Assembly (NCBI GenBank): GCA_965225855.1
Contig: CBDDCK010000005.1
Coordinates: forward strand, 224,001 to 288,000
Reading direction: 5' to 3'
Source of the DNA: Spirochaetia bacterium
Lineage (GTDB): Bacteria; Spirochaetota; Spirochaetia; SP-2023
DNA length: 64,000 nucleotides
Within the stretch, counting starts at the first letter, position 1; every line of letters starts with the position of its first letter. A model generated the notes under the pieces. It was not told the origin of the DNA, did not search any database, and saw nothing but the letters and a program-made list of their open reading frames with translations. Position numbers and translations under genes: made by a program. Shown in pieces: positions 20,605-30,176 of the stretch.

Positions 20605-20693
20605 GGCCCATACAAGCTTTTTGTAAGTTTTTTTGTGCTTTTTTTATGTTTGGGGCACTTTTTTTGTGTCTTATTTGTGTTTTAGTGTTGTAA

Positions 20694-21180
20694 ATTTGCA
20701 TTCCATATTATCGGAATTTCAGTCTCTGTTGCCGTGCGAGCAATATCGTCGATACCTAACATAAAATTTGAGTAACCCACAGAAGCAATACTTCCCATAA
20801 GCCAGTAAGTAATGGAGGGCAATTTAGCAAACGGATCGGCAAGCAATTTAATAATAGAAATGGCAGAACCAAAGAAAGTAGAAACTATCACTCCAACCAG
20901 CACCAGCGACAACACCGACATTCGGCCATTGATGCGGGCGAGTACCATAACCGCCAGTATACTAACATACCAAACGCAAAGGCAAAAACCAAAGTGAGCA
21001 GGGAACTCTCAAATAGTAATATTGCCAAAGTGCCGCCAAAGGCAGCACCAGAAGTTACGCCGATAATTCCCGAATCGACCAGTGGATTACAAAACAAACC
21101 TTGGGCTGAGGCTCCAGACACTGCCAAACCTAAGCCGATGAGAATGGCAGCCAGTATTCTAGGCAAGCAAACCTAACTCC
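20694..21180 (-). pseudogene. FecCD-family iron/cobalamin ABC permease remnant
   Basis: LPRILAA, NPLVDSGIIGV and YWLMGS in two frames. An internal deletion joins these to DDIART..EIP, and both ends are missing. Confidence 0.85.
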
Positions 21181-21332
21181 GTTGTTTCACATATGGTTGG
21201 ATAATGTAATACGCCCCATTTGAGAATAAAGCCTAAACTGCAGAAGGATTTGCAAAAGTTAGCCGCGATGTTGGTTAGCACCCTAGACAATGGGGAATTT
21301 AATAACTGTGGGCGTTCAAACATTCACAACAT

Positions 21333-22013
21333 TCACGTTAAGGAAAATATGGACTTTTTGTTCATTTCTAACCAACTCTTAGCCATCAGGTAATTTCCAG
21401 CATTGCTAGGATGAATTCCGTCGTATATCCAGTAATCAGCTTTTGTCTTAGAAACAGCATTGTCAAAAATAGACTGATAGGGAATAAGCATTAAACTATG
21501 CTCTTGCGCTAAAGATGCTATAGCCATTTGTATCTCTTGTACTTTGGGCAGCCATATATCGTAGTCCTCAACCAGAGAGCCGGGGAATAGAAACGGTTGC
21601 CCTAAAATGATCAGACTCTGAGGCAATTCTTTTTGCGTCCAGACCAAAATCTCTTTGTAAATTTGGTAAAACTTGGCAACATTTATATCTTCATTTGAGA
21701 CCAAGGGCCAATAGACATCATTAATACCTATTAATATTGAAATGTAATCTGGTTTCAACTTCAAGCAATCTTTATCCCAACGGTCAAGCAAATCAGCAAT
21801 TCTATTTCCATCAATACCACGATTAATAATCTGCAAATTTTGTTTAGGGTATTCGGCCTGTATTTGAGCTGCTGCTAATAGAACATAACCAGTACCCAGA
21901 GCACGTATGGGTGGAAACACATTATTATCGTGAAGGGATTCAAAATCCATCTCCTCTTCACGCTCGCGTTGATAATCCGTAATAGAATCACCTTGAAAAA
22001 GTATTTTTTTCAT
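21333..22013 (-). CDS. SGNH/GDSL hydrolase
   Basis: FQGDSIT, NRGIDG, GIND and DGIHP motifs. Confidence 0.92.
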   Translation of the reverse strand: MKKILFQGDSITDYQREREEEMDFESLHDNNVFPPIRALGTGYVLLAAAQIQAEYPKQNLQIINRGIDGNRIADLLDRWDKDCLKLKPDYISILIGINDVYWPLVSNEDINVAKFYQIYKEILVWTQKELPQSLIILGQPFLFPGSLVEDYDIWLPKVQEIQMAIASLAQEHSLMLIPYQSIFDNAVSKTKADYWIYDGIHPSNAGNYLMAKSWLEMNKKSIFSLT

Positions 22014-22215
22014 AACAATATCCCATATTATCTATAATCAAAGACAAAAAACTAAATTGATTTGCCACTCAACAGCCTGTAATGGTAAAACTAATTTAGC
22101 TTGTTGTCAAGTGAAATTTTTAGATATAACTTTTTTGATTAGCTCTCTATTGTTGTTTAGACTTCATGTTTAGACTTCATGGGTAATGGACAATATCTGG
22201 AAGACCAACTTCAAA

Positions 22216-22362
22216 ATAGCCCTTATTTAATAGCCATTGGGTACTGATTGGCTATTGTCCTGCTTGGTTAGAGCTTTGCTTGATACCCACCAACAGACTT
22301 TCTCAATATAGATCGATCGAGCCTCTTAATGGGTATTAAGAGGCTCTCTTAATGCTCATTAA
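22216..22362. repeat. Left ~125-bp direct repeat ending in family-B palindromes
   Basis: Aligns with 27881-28005 (about 14 differences by eye). CTCTTAAT at 22323 and 22346. Confidence 0.85.
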
Positions 22363-22831
22363 AAGTACCAAACAAAGTATCTTTTGTGTTTCGGGGTTTG
22401 GGATAATGGGGACTTAAAACCAACAAATTTTGGGGCGATGTGCGGCCAATCTTTCTACCGTCGTAATTCCTTCAAAGTTAGCGCAACAACTGGGCGGACT
22501 TGAATAGCCCGAGAGCTATACACGGGAAGAGCTTTAGGTAAATAGGGGAAGGATTGTAGCAATACAAGCAAATAATGGTGAGCTTAGTTAGCCACATCTA
22601 GGGGTGTTTTGCCATTGGCATCGGAAAACCCATGCTCTTAGCCATTGGCTTAGTTATTCTAATTGCTTTTGGTGAGAGTTTGTCATTGCAATTTTTCAAT
22701 GTGTGTTTTGATTTGGCAGCTTGACAGTGTACTGAAAAAAGGCACTATGTCTAACCTCTTAATCAAATGATAGAACAGTTGTAATGATTTAATTATGGCC
22801 CATCGGTCACTTGCCCGCAACAATCAAGGTT

Positions 22832-24361
22832 CTAAACATTCCCTTGTATGGCTTCAGCTAAAGATTCTTCGCTAACTATATCGCCCTTATCTCGGATCAG
22901 CTCGTGTACCATTTTCCCTTTGTTTAAAACTAATACTCTATCGCAGATGCGCTCCATTTCTTCCATTTCAGATGAAACAATAATCACTCCATTATTTGCA
23001 TCTGTTATACCTCTAATAAATTGGGCTATCTCACTTTTGGCTTCCACATCAATTCCCGCGGTAGGTTCATCAAGCAACAACACGGTGGGCTCGGTTAAAA
23101 GCCCTTTGGCAAAAACAACCTTTTGTTGATTGCCTCCTGATAGAAATTGGACATCTTGCTCTAGCCCAGTTGCCTTTAAATTGAGTTTCTCTTTCATTTG
23201 TAACGACTTCTCTATTGCTATACGAGTATTCAAAAATAAATATTTTTTTATTCGGTGTAATATTGGTAATATCATATTATCAAGTATATTATGGATACCT
23301 ATAATACCATTCCGGTGTCTGTTCTCAGGTACTAGAAATACACCTCTTTCTATTGCCTCCCATACCTTGCCCGCCTGTACGGGATTGCCTTTTAGTATTA
23401 CCTCCCCCCTATCAGGTTTGAAAAGCCCGTAAATACATTTTAGTATTTCTGTTCTTCCGCTACCCATGAGTCCCGCTATACCTAATACCTCTCCTGGATA
23501 TAAATGGAAGGAAATATTTGTGATACGGTCTCTAAACGAGATATTATGAATAACTAATAATGGCTCTGTTCTTTGAATGGGCTTTGCGGGAGCTATAAAA
23601 GTATTTTCTGCCAACTTTCTACCAATCATAGCTTGAACAATACTCTGAATACTTACATGGTTGATAGATTCTTGCAGCACAACTTCACCATTGCGCAATA
23701 CAACAATCTTATTGCATATATTTAGAATTTCTTGCATGTGATGCGATATTAAAAAGATAGCTATTCCTTGTTTCTTTAGATTATCAATAAGCTCAAACAA
23801 CAAGTTAATTTCTTTCGTTGTCAGGGAAGCCGTTGGTTCATCTAAAATTAATACAGAAGGATTGTGCATAAGGGACTTTACTATTTCTACCATCTGTTGG
23901 TTTCCAATAGACAAATCCTCTACTCTGGTGTTGGGCTCTATTTCTAAGTTAAACCTATCCAGAGCTTTTTTCGCTTCTTGCATACATAATTTTTCCTGTA
24001 TGAAGCCATATTTCTTTAGCTCTATACCAAGAAAGATATTCTCTGCAACACTTAGAGTTGGAATCAATGATAGCTCCTGATATACCATAGCGATACCAGA
24101 CTTTTTTGCTCCTACAGGCGAGCTATAAGTTTCTTTTGTGCCATCTATAACTATATGCCCCTTATCCGACTTATACACCCCATTTACAATCTTCATAAGG
24201 GTAGATTTACCTGCTCCATTAGAACCGACAAGGCCTAGCACTTGCCCTTTCTCAATATCTAGGGAAACCCCTTTTAAAACATAATTATTAAAAAAGGATT
24301 TATGTATATCTACTATTTCTAGTGCAAGGCTTTTTCTTTCGGCATTCACCACTCTGGCCAT
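22832..24361 (-). CDS. Sugar ABC transporter ATP-binding protein (RbsA-like, two domains)
   Basis: GSNGAGKS, LDEPT, LSGGNQQKV and SSEMEE motifs. Confidence 0.92.
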   Translation of the reverse strand: MARVVNAERKSLALEIVDIHKSFFNNYVLKGVSLDIEKGQVLGLVGSNGAGKSTLMKIVNGVYKSDKGHIVIDGTKETYSSPVGAKKSGIAMVYQELSLIPTLSVAENIFLGIELKKYGFIQEKLCMQEAKKALDRFNLEIEPNTRVEDLSIGNQQMVEIVKSLMHNPSVLILDEPTASLTTKEINLLFELIDNLKKQGIAIFLISHHMQEILNICNKIVVLRNGEVVLQESINHVSIQSIVQAMIGRKLAENTFIAPAKPIQRTEPLLVIHNISFRDRITNISFHLYPGEVLGIAGLMGSGRTEILKCIYGLFKPDRGEVILKGNPVQAGKVWEAIERGVFLVPENRHRNGIIGIHNILDNMILPILHRIKKYLFLNTRIAIEKSLQMKEKLNLKATGLEQDVQFLSGGNQQKVVFAKGLLTEPTVLLLDEPTAGIDVEAKSEIAQFIRGITDANNGVIIVSSEMEEMERICDRVLVLNKGKMVHELIRDKGDIVSEESLAEAIQGNV

Positions 24362-25536
24362 CCTATGGACCTACCGTCACTAGAATATATACCTTCTGCT
24401 TTGGGATTATCCGTTCCAACGCCGCTTACAGGGACAACATAAGCTCTGGTAACAAAGGCTTGTGACCTAAAAGCCAAAACAACGGAGTCTCCTTCATTTA
24501 CTTGCTGTTCTCGTGCCAAAATACCATAGTAATCAATAGCTGCAGGACTAGGTATTTCGCATGGTATAGTACGCGCTAAGGCATCTGCAGGACAAGAACC
24601 CACACAGGCCTTTACCGTATAGTCCCTAAATACAGGATCAATATATAAACCACCACCAAAAAAATACGCTGCCCCTGCATGGATATGAGAGACTTCTGAT
24701 ACATAGACCATCGCCGGTATTTCCGCAAGCTCCTCGGTAGCATTAAGGGGAGTCGTGCCGGTGAATCCATGTCCGGGTTCCACTTGGGTTACTCCAAGCG
24801 ATGCCAATCTATGAAAAAGCATGGACGATGTCGTACCGGGTGCATTGATCTCTATATCTTGCATACCTTCATTGGCAAGTATAGTGGCCGCTCTTTCCAA
24901 CGTTCTTAAATTGTTGGTCGCAACAATCTCATGCTTTTCTTCATCAAATAGATGTGCAGGAAAGGTCGTAATACCGGCAACATGCAAACCAGGCAGATTA
25001 TTGATAGCATCTCTTACGGTTCGTATTTCATCTATAGCAAAACCACCTTCATGCCCTCTATAGAATGTATCACCGGATGCATGTATTCTTAACAGAATAT
25101 TCTGTTGTTGGCCTCTCGCCATAAATTTAGAAATCGTTCGGGCTTTTTCTAGGCTAAACACGGTCCAATATTTAGGCTTCATGCGCAGCGCTGCAAGCGT
25201 TTCATGATAGGGCACTTGCACCAAATGGCCGATATGCCCAATACCTAACCCACTGTGATAGGCCGCACGGGCACAAGGCATATCGACCGCGACACAATCC
25301 TTTATGCCCGCCTTTTGCATTGCCTGTAAAGCAACAGGATTCCGCCCTATTTGTTTGGTCATCGCAAAGATTTTTAGCTTATGTTTCTCCGCTTCCGCTT
25401 GTAGCAACAGGGCATTCTTATATAAGCTATCTATATCAATAACATAGCTGTTGGCCGGTATATCTCCGCGCTGATGCAATAGCACTGCAGATTCTATCAA
25501 TGCTTTATTTCTTGCTATAATGCTGTTCAAAAACAT
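24346..25536 (-). CDS. YhfX-like PLP-dependent enzyme (alanine-racemase fold)
   Basis: MTKQIGRNP, GHIGHLVQ, GHEGGF, EPGHG and GGGLY motifs. Confidence 0.8.
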   Translation of the reverse strand: MFLNSIIARNKALIESAVLLHQRGDIPANSYVIDIDSLYKNALLLQAEAEKHKLKIFAMTKQIGRNPVALQAMQKAGIKDCVAVDMPCARAAYHSGLGIGHIGHLVQVPYHETLAALRMKPKYWTVFSLEKARTISKFMARGQQQNILLRIHASGDTFYRGHEGGFAIDEIRTVRDAINNLPGLHVAGITTFPAHLFDEEKHEIVATNNLRTLERAATILANEGMQDIEINAPGTTSSMLFHRLASLGVTQVEPGHGFTGTTPLNATEELAEIPAMVYVSEVSHIHAGAAYFFGGGLYIDPVFRDYTVKACVGSCPADALARTIPCEIPSPAAIDYYGILAREQQVNEGDSVVLAFRSQAFVTRAYVVPVSGVGTDNPKAEGIYSSDGRSIGWPEW

Positions 25537-25562
25537 AGCTATAAGAATTCCTCTACTATAGA

Positions 25563-26516
25563 TTAATCGCGATCGGGTTGCCTCAAACTTAGGGATACGG
25601 CTAAAATAATAACAATCCCACGAGCGATCATTTGTTCCGAGACACTCAAGCGCATAAGCAATAGGCCATTGTTTAGCATGCCAATAACAATAGAACCAAT
25701 AATAGAACCGACAATCGTACCTTTGCCACCGGTAAAAGAAGTACCACCAATTACCACCGCAGCGATAACGGACATCAAGTCCGATTCACCCAACGTATAG
25801 CGTGCGCCATGCAGTCTGCCGGCATATAGAATACCGGCAAATGCCGCACAAATTCCGCTAATAGTCATTACGGCCATCTGTATTCTGCCAATATTTACCC
25901 CAGAAAACCTAGCGGCAGAAGTGTTGCCTCCAACCGACAATACCTTTTTACCAAAGCCGGTCTTTCTATAACCGATGTGGCCGATTACCATTACAATAAT
26001 AGTCCACAAAAATAAGGTAGATACATGGCCGATATTACCAGAGCCAAACAGAAAATTAAATGTTTGGTTGGTGATAGGAATTGCTTCTAAATTGGTCACG
26101 ATCCTAGCCAAGCCGGCGATTACAATAGAAGTTCCTAAGGTTATCAAAAAAGAAGGTATGCGCAGCTTGGCACGGATATATCCGTTGATAAAACCAAATA
26201 AAGCACCGACCAAAAGACCAGATACCAAAGCCGCCAATAAACCAACCTCCCGTACCACTAAGGCGGAGACTAAGGCGGCCAAACCTACGATAGAACCTAT
26301 AGATAAATCTATTTCTCCGGCCGATATGGCAAAGGTCATTCCAACCGCCATAACCGATATCATGGCCGTCTGCCTAAGTATATTCATTATGTTGGCATAA
26401 GAGAGAAAATTCTTATCATGCAATACCAAAGAAAGAATCCCAACAACTAACAAGAAGCTAATATAGACAATATAATCCTTGTAATGGATCTTCCGTATTT
26501 GTTCTAAACTTACCAA
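25563..26516 (-). CDS. Sugar ABC permease (RbsC-like)
   Basis: GEIDLSIG, GGN..AARFSG and IAAVVIGGTSFTGG motifs. Confidence 0.92.
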   Translation of the reverse strand: MVSLEQIRKIHYKDYIVYISFLLVVGILSLVLHDKNFLSYANIMNILRQTAMISVMAVGMTFAISAGEIDLSIGSIVGLAALVSALVVREVGLLAALVSGLLVGALFGFINGYIRAKLRIPSFLITLGTSIVIAGLARIVTNLEAIPITNQTFNFLFGSGNIGHVSTLFLWTIIVMVIGHIGYRKTGFGKKVLSVGGNTSAARFSGVNIGRIQMAVMTISGICAAFAGILYAGRLHGARYTLGESDLMSVIAAVVIGGTSFTGGKGTIVGSIIGSIVIGMLNNGLLLMRLSVSEQMIARGIVIILAVSLSLRQPDRD

Positions 26517-26563
26517 GATTCTTCTCCCTCTTACTCGCTGATAACTCTACGGCTCTCTCTGTC

Positions 26564-27682
26564 CTAGTTCCTCAATGCGTCTATAACAGCCTGATCGGGA
26601 GATTTATTAGCCGATTCCTTATAGGCCTGCAACATATTATCTCTAGTCATCTTGACTGTTTCACATAAAACAAACGGAGGAGCGGGTTTACCGAGCAGGT
26701 CATAAGCCGCCAATCTCGCCATAACCTGACCGATTTGATAAGGCTTGTCCGCCACCTTACCATAGGTAAGCCCTCTTTGAGCCATATCTAGATCCAGCGT
26801 GCCGCCTAAGTCATGGGTTACCAATTTTGCCCTGCTACCGGCCGATCTCATCTCTGCAACTACCGGTTCGGCTGCAACGTCCCAAGAGACATAAACCCCG
26901 TCTAAACTAGGGTTTTGCGTCAACATGGCTACGGCCACTTCGCCCGTTTGAGTGTCTTGCGAAAAACCTTTGGCATATACCAAGTTAATGTTAGGGTATT
27001 TCCTTTCTATGGTTCGACGAAAGGCGTTATCCCTATTATTGGTTACAAAAAAGTTTGCATCGTAGTAAATCATGGCAATATCGCCTTTGTTGCCGATAGC
27101 CTCTGCCATTAGATCGGCCGCTGCCCGCCCCATGCCATAGTGATCGCCTGTTACAATAGAAACGTATTGTTCGCCAGGTTTATAGTTATCAATGCCATTA
27201 TCGGCCAAGACAATACTTACGCCAGCGTCTACGGCAGGCTGAAAGGCCCGGGTCGATGCAACCGGGTCTACCGGCAAAGATAACATAATATTGGGCTTCA
27301 ATGCCAATGCAGTCTCTATGTCCGTGGCTTGCTTGGCCGGATCATAATTAGATTCGGAGATAGCCACCACTTCTATACCCATCTTTTCAAATTCTGCCTT
27401 AGCTCCTCGTGTCATGGACTTATACCACTCACCGGAGCTACCCCACAACATAGTCGCCTTATAATTACCTGCTCGCACCTTTTGATATTCCTCTTGAGTT
27501 AAGGAAATATCAGTAGCTGATGTGGCCACTTCTCCGTTAGGGCCTTTGGCAAAGCCACCGTAACTTTGATTGGCCCTTTCCACACCTATAGTGAAATCTT
27601 TTGGCGTCTCCGATTTGCCTCTGGCGTAACCCATAGAGGGTGCTAAGACTAAGCAAAATAAGATGAAGTAACCATTCTTCAT
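26564..27682 (-). CDS. Sugar ABC substrate-binding protein
   Basis: Signal peptide; periplasmic-binding type 1 pattern; AGGAGG RBS. Confidence 0.88.
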   Translation of the reverse strand: MKNGYFILFCLVLAPSMGYARGKSETPKDFTIGVERANQSYGGFAKGPNGEVATSATDISLTQEEYQKVRAGNYKATMLWGSSGEWYKSMTRGAKAEFEKMGIEVVAISESNYDPAKQATDIETALALKPNIMLSLPVDPVASTRAFQPAVDAGVSIVLADNGIDNYKPGEQYVSIVTGDHYGMGRAAADLMAEAIGNKGDIAMIYYDANFFVTNNRDNAFRRTIERKYPNINLVYAKGFSQDTQTGEVAVAMLTQNPSLDGVYVSWDVAAEPVVAEMRSAGSRAKLVTHDLGGTLDLDMAQRGLTYGKVADKPYQIGQVMARLAAYDLLGKPAPPFVLCETVKMTRDNMLQAYKESANKSPDQAVIDALRN

Positions 27683-27880
27683 AGGAAAACCTCCTTAATG
27701 TTTTCTGTTATATACCAGAATAGCGAAAAAACAATCAAGAGTAAAATCCTTTTTTATGATAAAATTTGCTATAAATTCCTTGTTTTTTCTCTAGCTCATA
27801 ACAAGGCCAATTGTAGCGCCGGTAGGCCAACAGTATTGAATATTTTTTAAGATTTATCACAAGCGCGAATAGCCGCTTTT

Positions 27881-28056
27881 ATAGCCCTTATTTATAGCCA
27901 TTGGTTACTCATTGGGTATTGTCCTGCTTGGTTACAGCTTCGCTTGATACCTACCAAGAGACTTTCTCCATATCAATCGATCGAGTCTCTTAATAGGCAT
28001 TAAGAAAACCTCTTAATGGGCGTCAAGAGAGTCTCTTAATAGGCATTAAGAGAGCC
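27881..28056. repeat. Right direct repeat plus three family-B palindromes
   Basis: CTCTTAAT at 27987, 28010 and 28033 (period 23), unit CTCTTAAT-N4-ATTAAGAG. Confidence 0.85.
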
Positions 28057-28085
28057 TTTTTCGTTGGAGAAATAACCAAGAGTTT

Positions 28086-28973
28086 TTAACTCAAGCAGTT
28101 TTTCAGTTCACCGAGTATTTGGGGGCTTTTGGTACAAAGCTGCCAAATACTATTGTTGTTCCCAGGCCATTCCCACGGTAGGCAAATACTTTGTAAAAAT
28201 AGCTGTCGAGAACCATGATTGTTTGGTTGGGTTTGCCAAATTTTGCAAGTAAATGGCCCTATATTTGTAGGTATATTATTGTTGTGTTTGGTTTCTGTTT
28301 GTGCATTTTGCACAGGCATTGGCACTTGCAATGCAAAAGCATACAAGCTAATGCACCCATTGCTATTACTTGTTTTAGCTCCGTATTTTAAATCGCCCTG
28401 AACAGGGTAGCCCAATGCAGCTAATTGGCAGCGGATTTGGTGATGCCTACCCGTCTCTAGCTGGACAGCTATGATACGATGATTTTTCCCTGTAGCCATG
28501 AAACGGTATTGCAACGCAGCCAATTTTGCGCGGGGGGCATCAGGTTGGGTTATATAAGCTTTATTATTGCGTGATTCCTTACGGATATAATCTATTTGTT
28601 TCTGCCATTTATCTTTGGCTGAAGCCAAGTTTTGTTGGTGGAATGGCCCTTCAACAATCGCAAGATAAAATTTCTTACAAACTTTTTGCTGGAAAGCAGC
28701 AGAAAGTCGTTGCATTGCTTTTGTGGTTTTTGCCATCAAGCACAGCCCAACAACAGGTCGGTCAAGGCGGTGGGGCAGGCTAAGGTATGCATTGCCCGGC
28801 TTACAATAATTGTCAATCAAATAGGCTTTACCGTAATCCAGCAAAGATCGATCACGGCTTTTATCATTTTGCGCAGGGATTCCACCAGGTTTGTAGACGA
28901 GTAGTAGATGATTATCTTCATAAACAATTAGGGAACGAAAATAAGTGGCTTGGGTCAAATCGATCACAAACAA
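28086..28973 (-). CDS. RluA-family pseudouridine synthase
   Basis: HRLDRPV, TGRHHQIR and GDLKYG motifs. Confidence 0.9.
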   Translation of the reverse strand: MFVIDLTQATYFRSLIVYEDNHLLLVYKPGGIPAQNDKSRDRSLLDYGKAYLIDNYCKPGNAYLSLPHRLDRPVVGLCLMAKTTKAMQRLSAAFQQKVCKKFYLAIVEGPFHQQNLASAKDKWQKQIDYIRKESRNNKAYITQPDAPRAKLAALQYRFMATGKNHRIIAVQLETGRHHQIRCQLAALGYPVQGDLKYGAKTSNSNGCISLYAFALQVPMPVQNAQTETKHNNNIPTNIGPFTCKIWQTQPNNHGSRQLFLQSICLPWEWPGNNNSIWQLCTKSPQILGELKNCLS

Positions 28974-28997
28974 AAATATAAGAGAGGGCTTTAATGG

Positions 28998-30149
28998 TTA
29001 GCTTTTTTGCGCTGCAAGTTTTTCAATTTCTTTAATCAATACATCTTCAGCTCCCCGGCTGGGAATGTTTTTTAAGAGCTTGCCTTTAGCAAATAAAGAA
29101 ACATTTAACCCTGCTCCAGAGATAGCCAAATCAGCATGTTTGGCTTCCCCCGGGCCATTGACAGGGCAACCCATTACCGCAACGTTCATATTAATAGGAA
29201 CATTAGGCATTTTACTCTGGAGCTTTGCGGTAAATTCCGCAGTATCAAAAGTAGAACGAGCACAACCCGGGCAAGAAATCAAATTGATACCTTGACGCAG
29301 CCCCAAAATACGCAGCAGCTCTGCCCCCGCAAGAACTTCTTCGCGCGGTTCACCAGAAATAGAAATACGAATAGTATCGCCAATTCCTTGTTCGAGCAGT
29401 TTAGAAAATGCTAAGGTACTCTTTATGAGTGAAGGTTTTAGCGGCCCCGCTTCGGTAACCCCGAGATGCAAAGGGTAGGGATAGCCTAGGCCTCCCTGCG
29501 CTAAATCTTTAGCAAACAGCTGGTTAGAATACACAACTAAAGCTGGATCGGAAGCTTTGAGAGACACAACAATATTGCTAAAGCCAACTGATTCCAAGGC
29601 TTCCATATTGTCTACCGCAGCTTGAACCATGTTTTTAGCCGATTCTTCTAGCCATTGTTGTGTTTTGACACCGTGGGCAAGCTCCAATTCTCTGGGCATG
29701 GAACCGCCGTTGACCCCAATGCGAATAGCAACGCCCTTATCGTTGGCAGCTTGGGCCACTTCTTTGACTTTCCATTTTTCCCCTATATTGCCCGGATTTA
29801 TACGAAGCTTGGCTATAGGATACTTTAAGCATTCCAAAGCAATTCGGTAGTCATAGTGAATATCTGCAATAACTGGAATCGACAGCCTCTTTGCAATCAT
29901 ACCTATAGGCTTGACAGACACTATGCTAGGCGTTGAGAAACGAATTAAATCACAGCCACTTGCCGCCAACTGCTCTAGCTCTAGGATAAAATCATCAGTT
30001 ATTTGCTTTTCTTCAATTGGGCGGTTCCACATCGTTTGTACTTGGACAGGTTTGCCCTGACCTAGTTCGCAAATATTGGGTGTAGATGCTTGACTTGCAT
30101 CTGCTGCAGAATGATGTATTTGTGCCAATTGTTTACTTTGATAAGCCAT
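28998..30149 (-). CDS. ispG: HMBPP synthase
   Basis: ADIHYD, RINPGN, HLGVTEAG, CPGCAR and MGCPVNGPGEA motifs. Confidence 0.95.
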   Translation of the reverse strand: MAYQSKQLAQIHHSAADASQASTPNICELGQGKPVQVQTMWNRPIEEKQITDDFILELEQLAASGCDLIRFSTPSIVSVKPIGMIAKRLSIPVIADIHYDYRIALECLKYPIAKLRINPGNIGEKWKVKEVAQAANDKGVAIRIGVNGGSMPRELELAHGVKTQQWLEESAKNMVQAAVDNMEALESVGFSNIVVSLKASDPALVVYSNQLFAKDLAQGGLGYPYPLHLGVTEAGPLKPSLIKSTLAFSKLLEQGIGDTIRISISGEPREEVLAGAELLRILGLRQGINLISCPGCARSTFDTAEFTAKLQSKMPNVPINMNVAVMGCPVNGPGEAKHADLAISGAGLNVSLFAKGKLLKNIPSRGAEDVLIKEIEKLAAQKS

Positions 30150-30176
30150 GGGAATTAAACCAAATTGAGAATAAAG

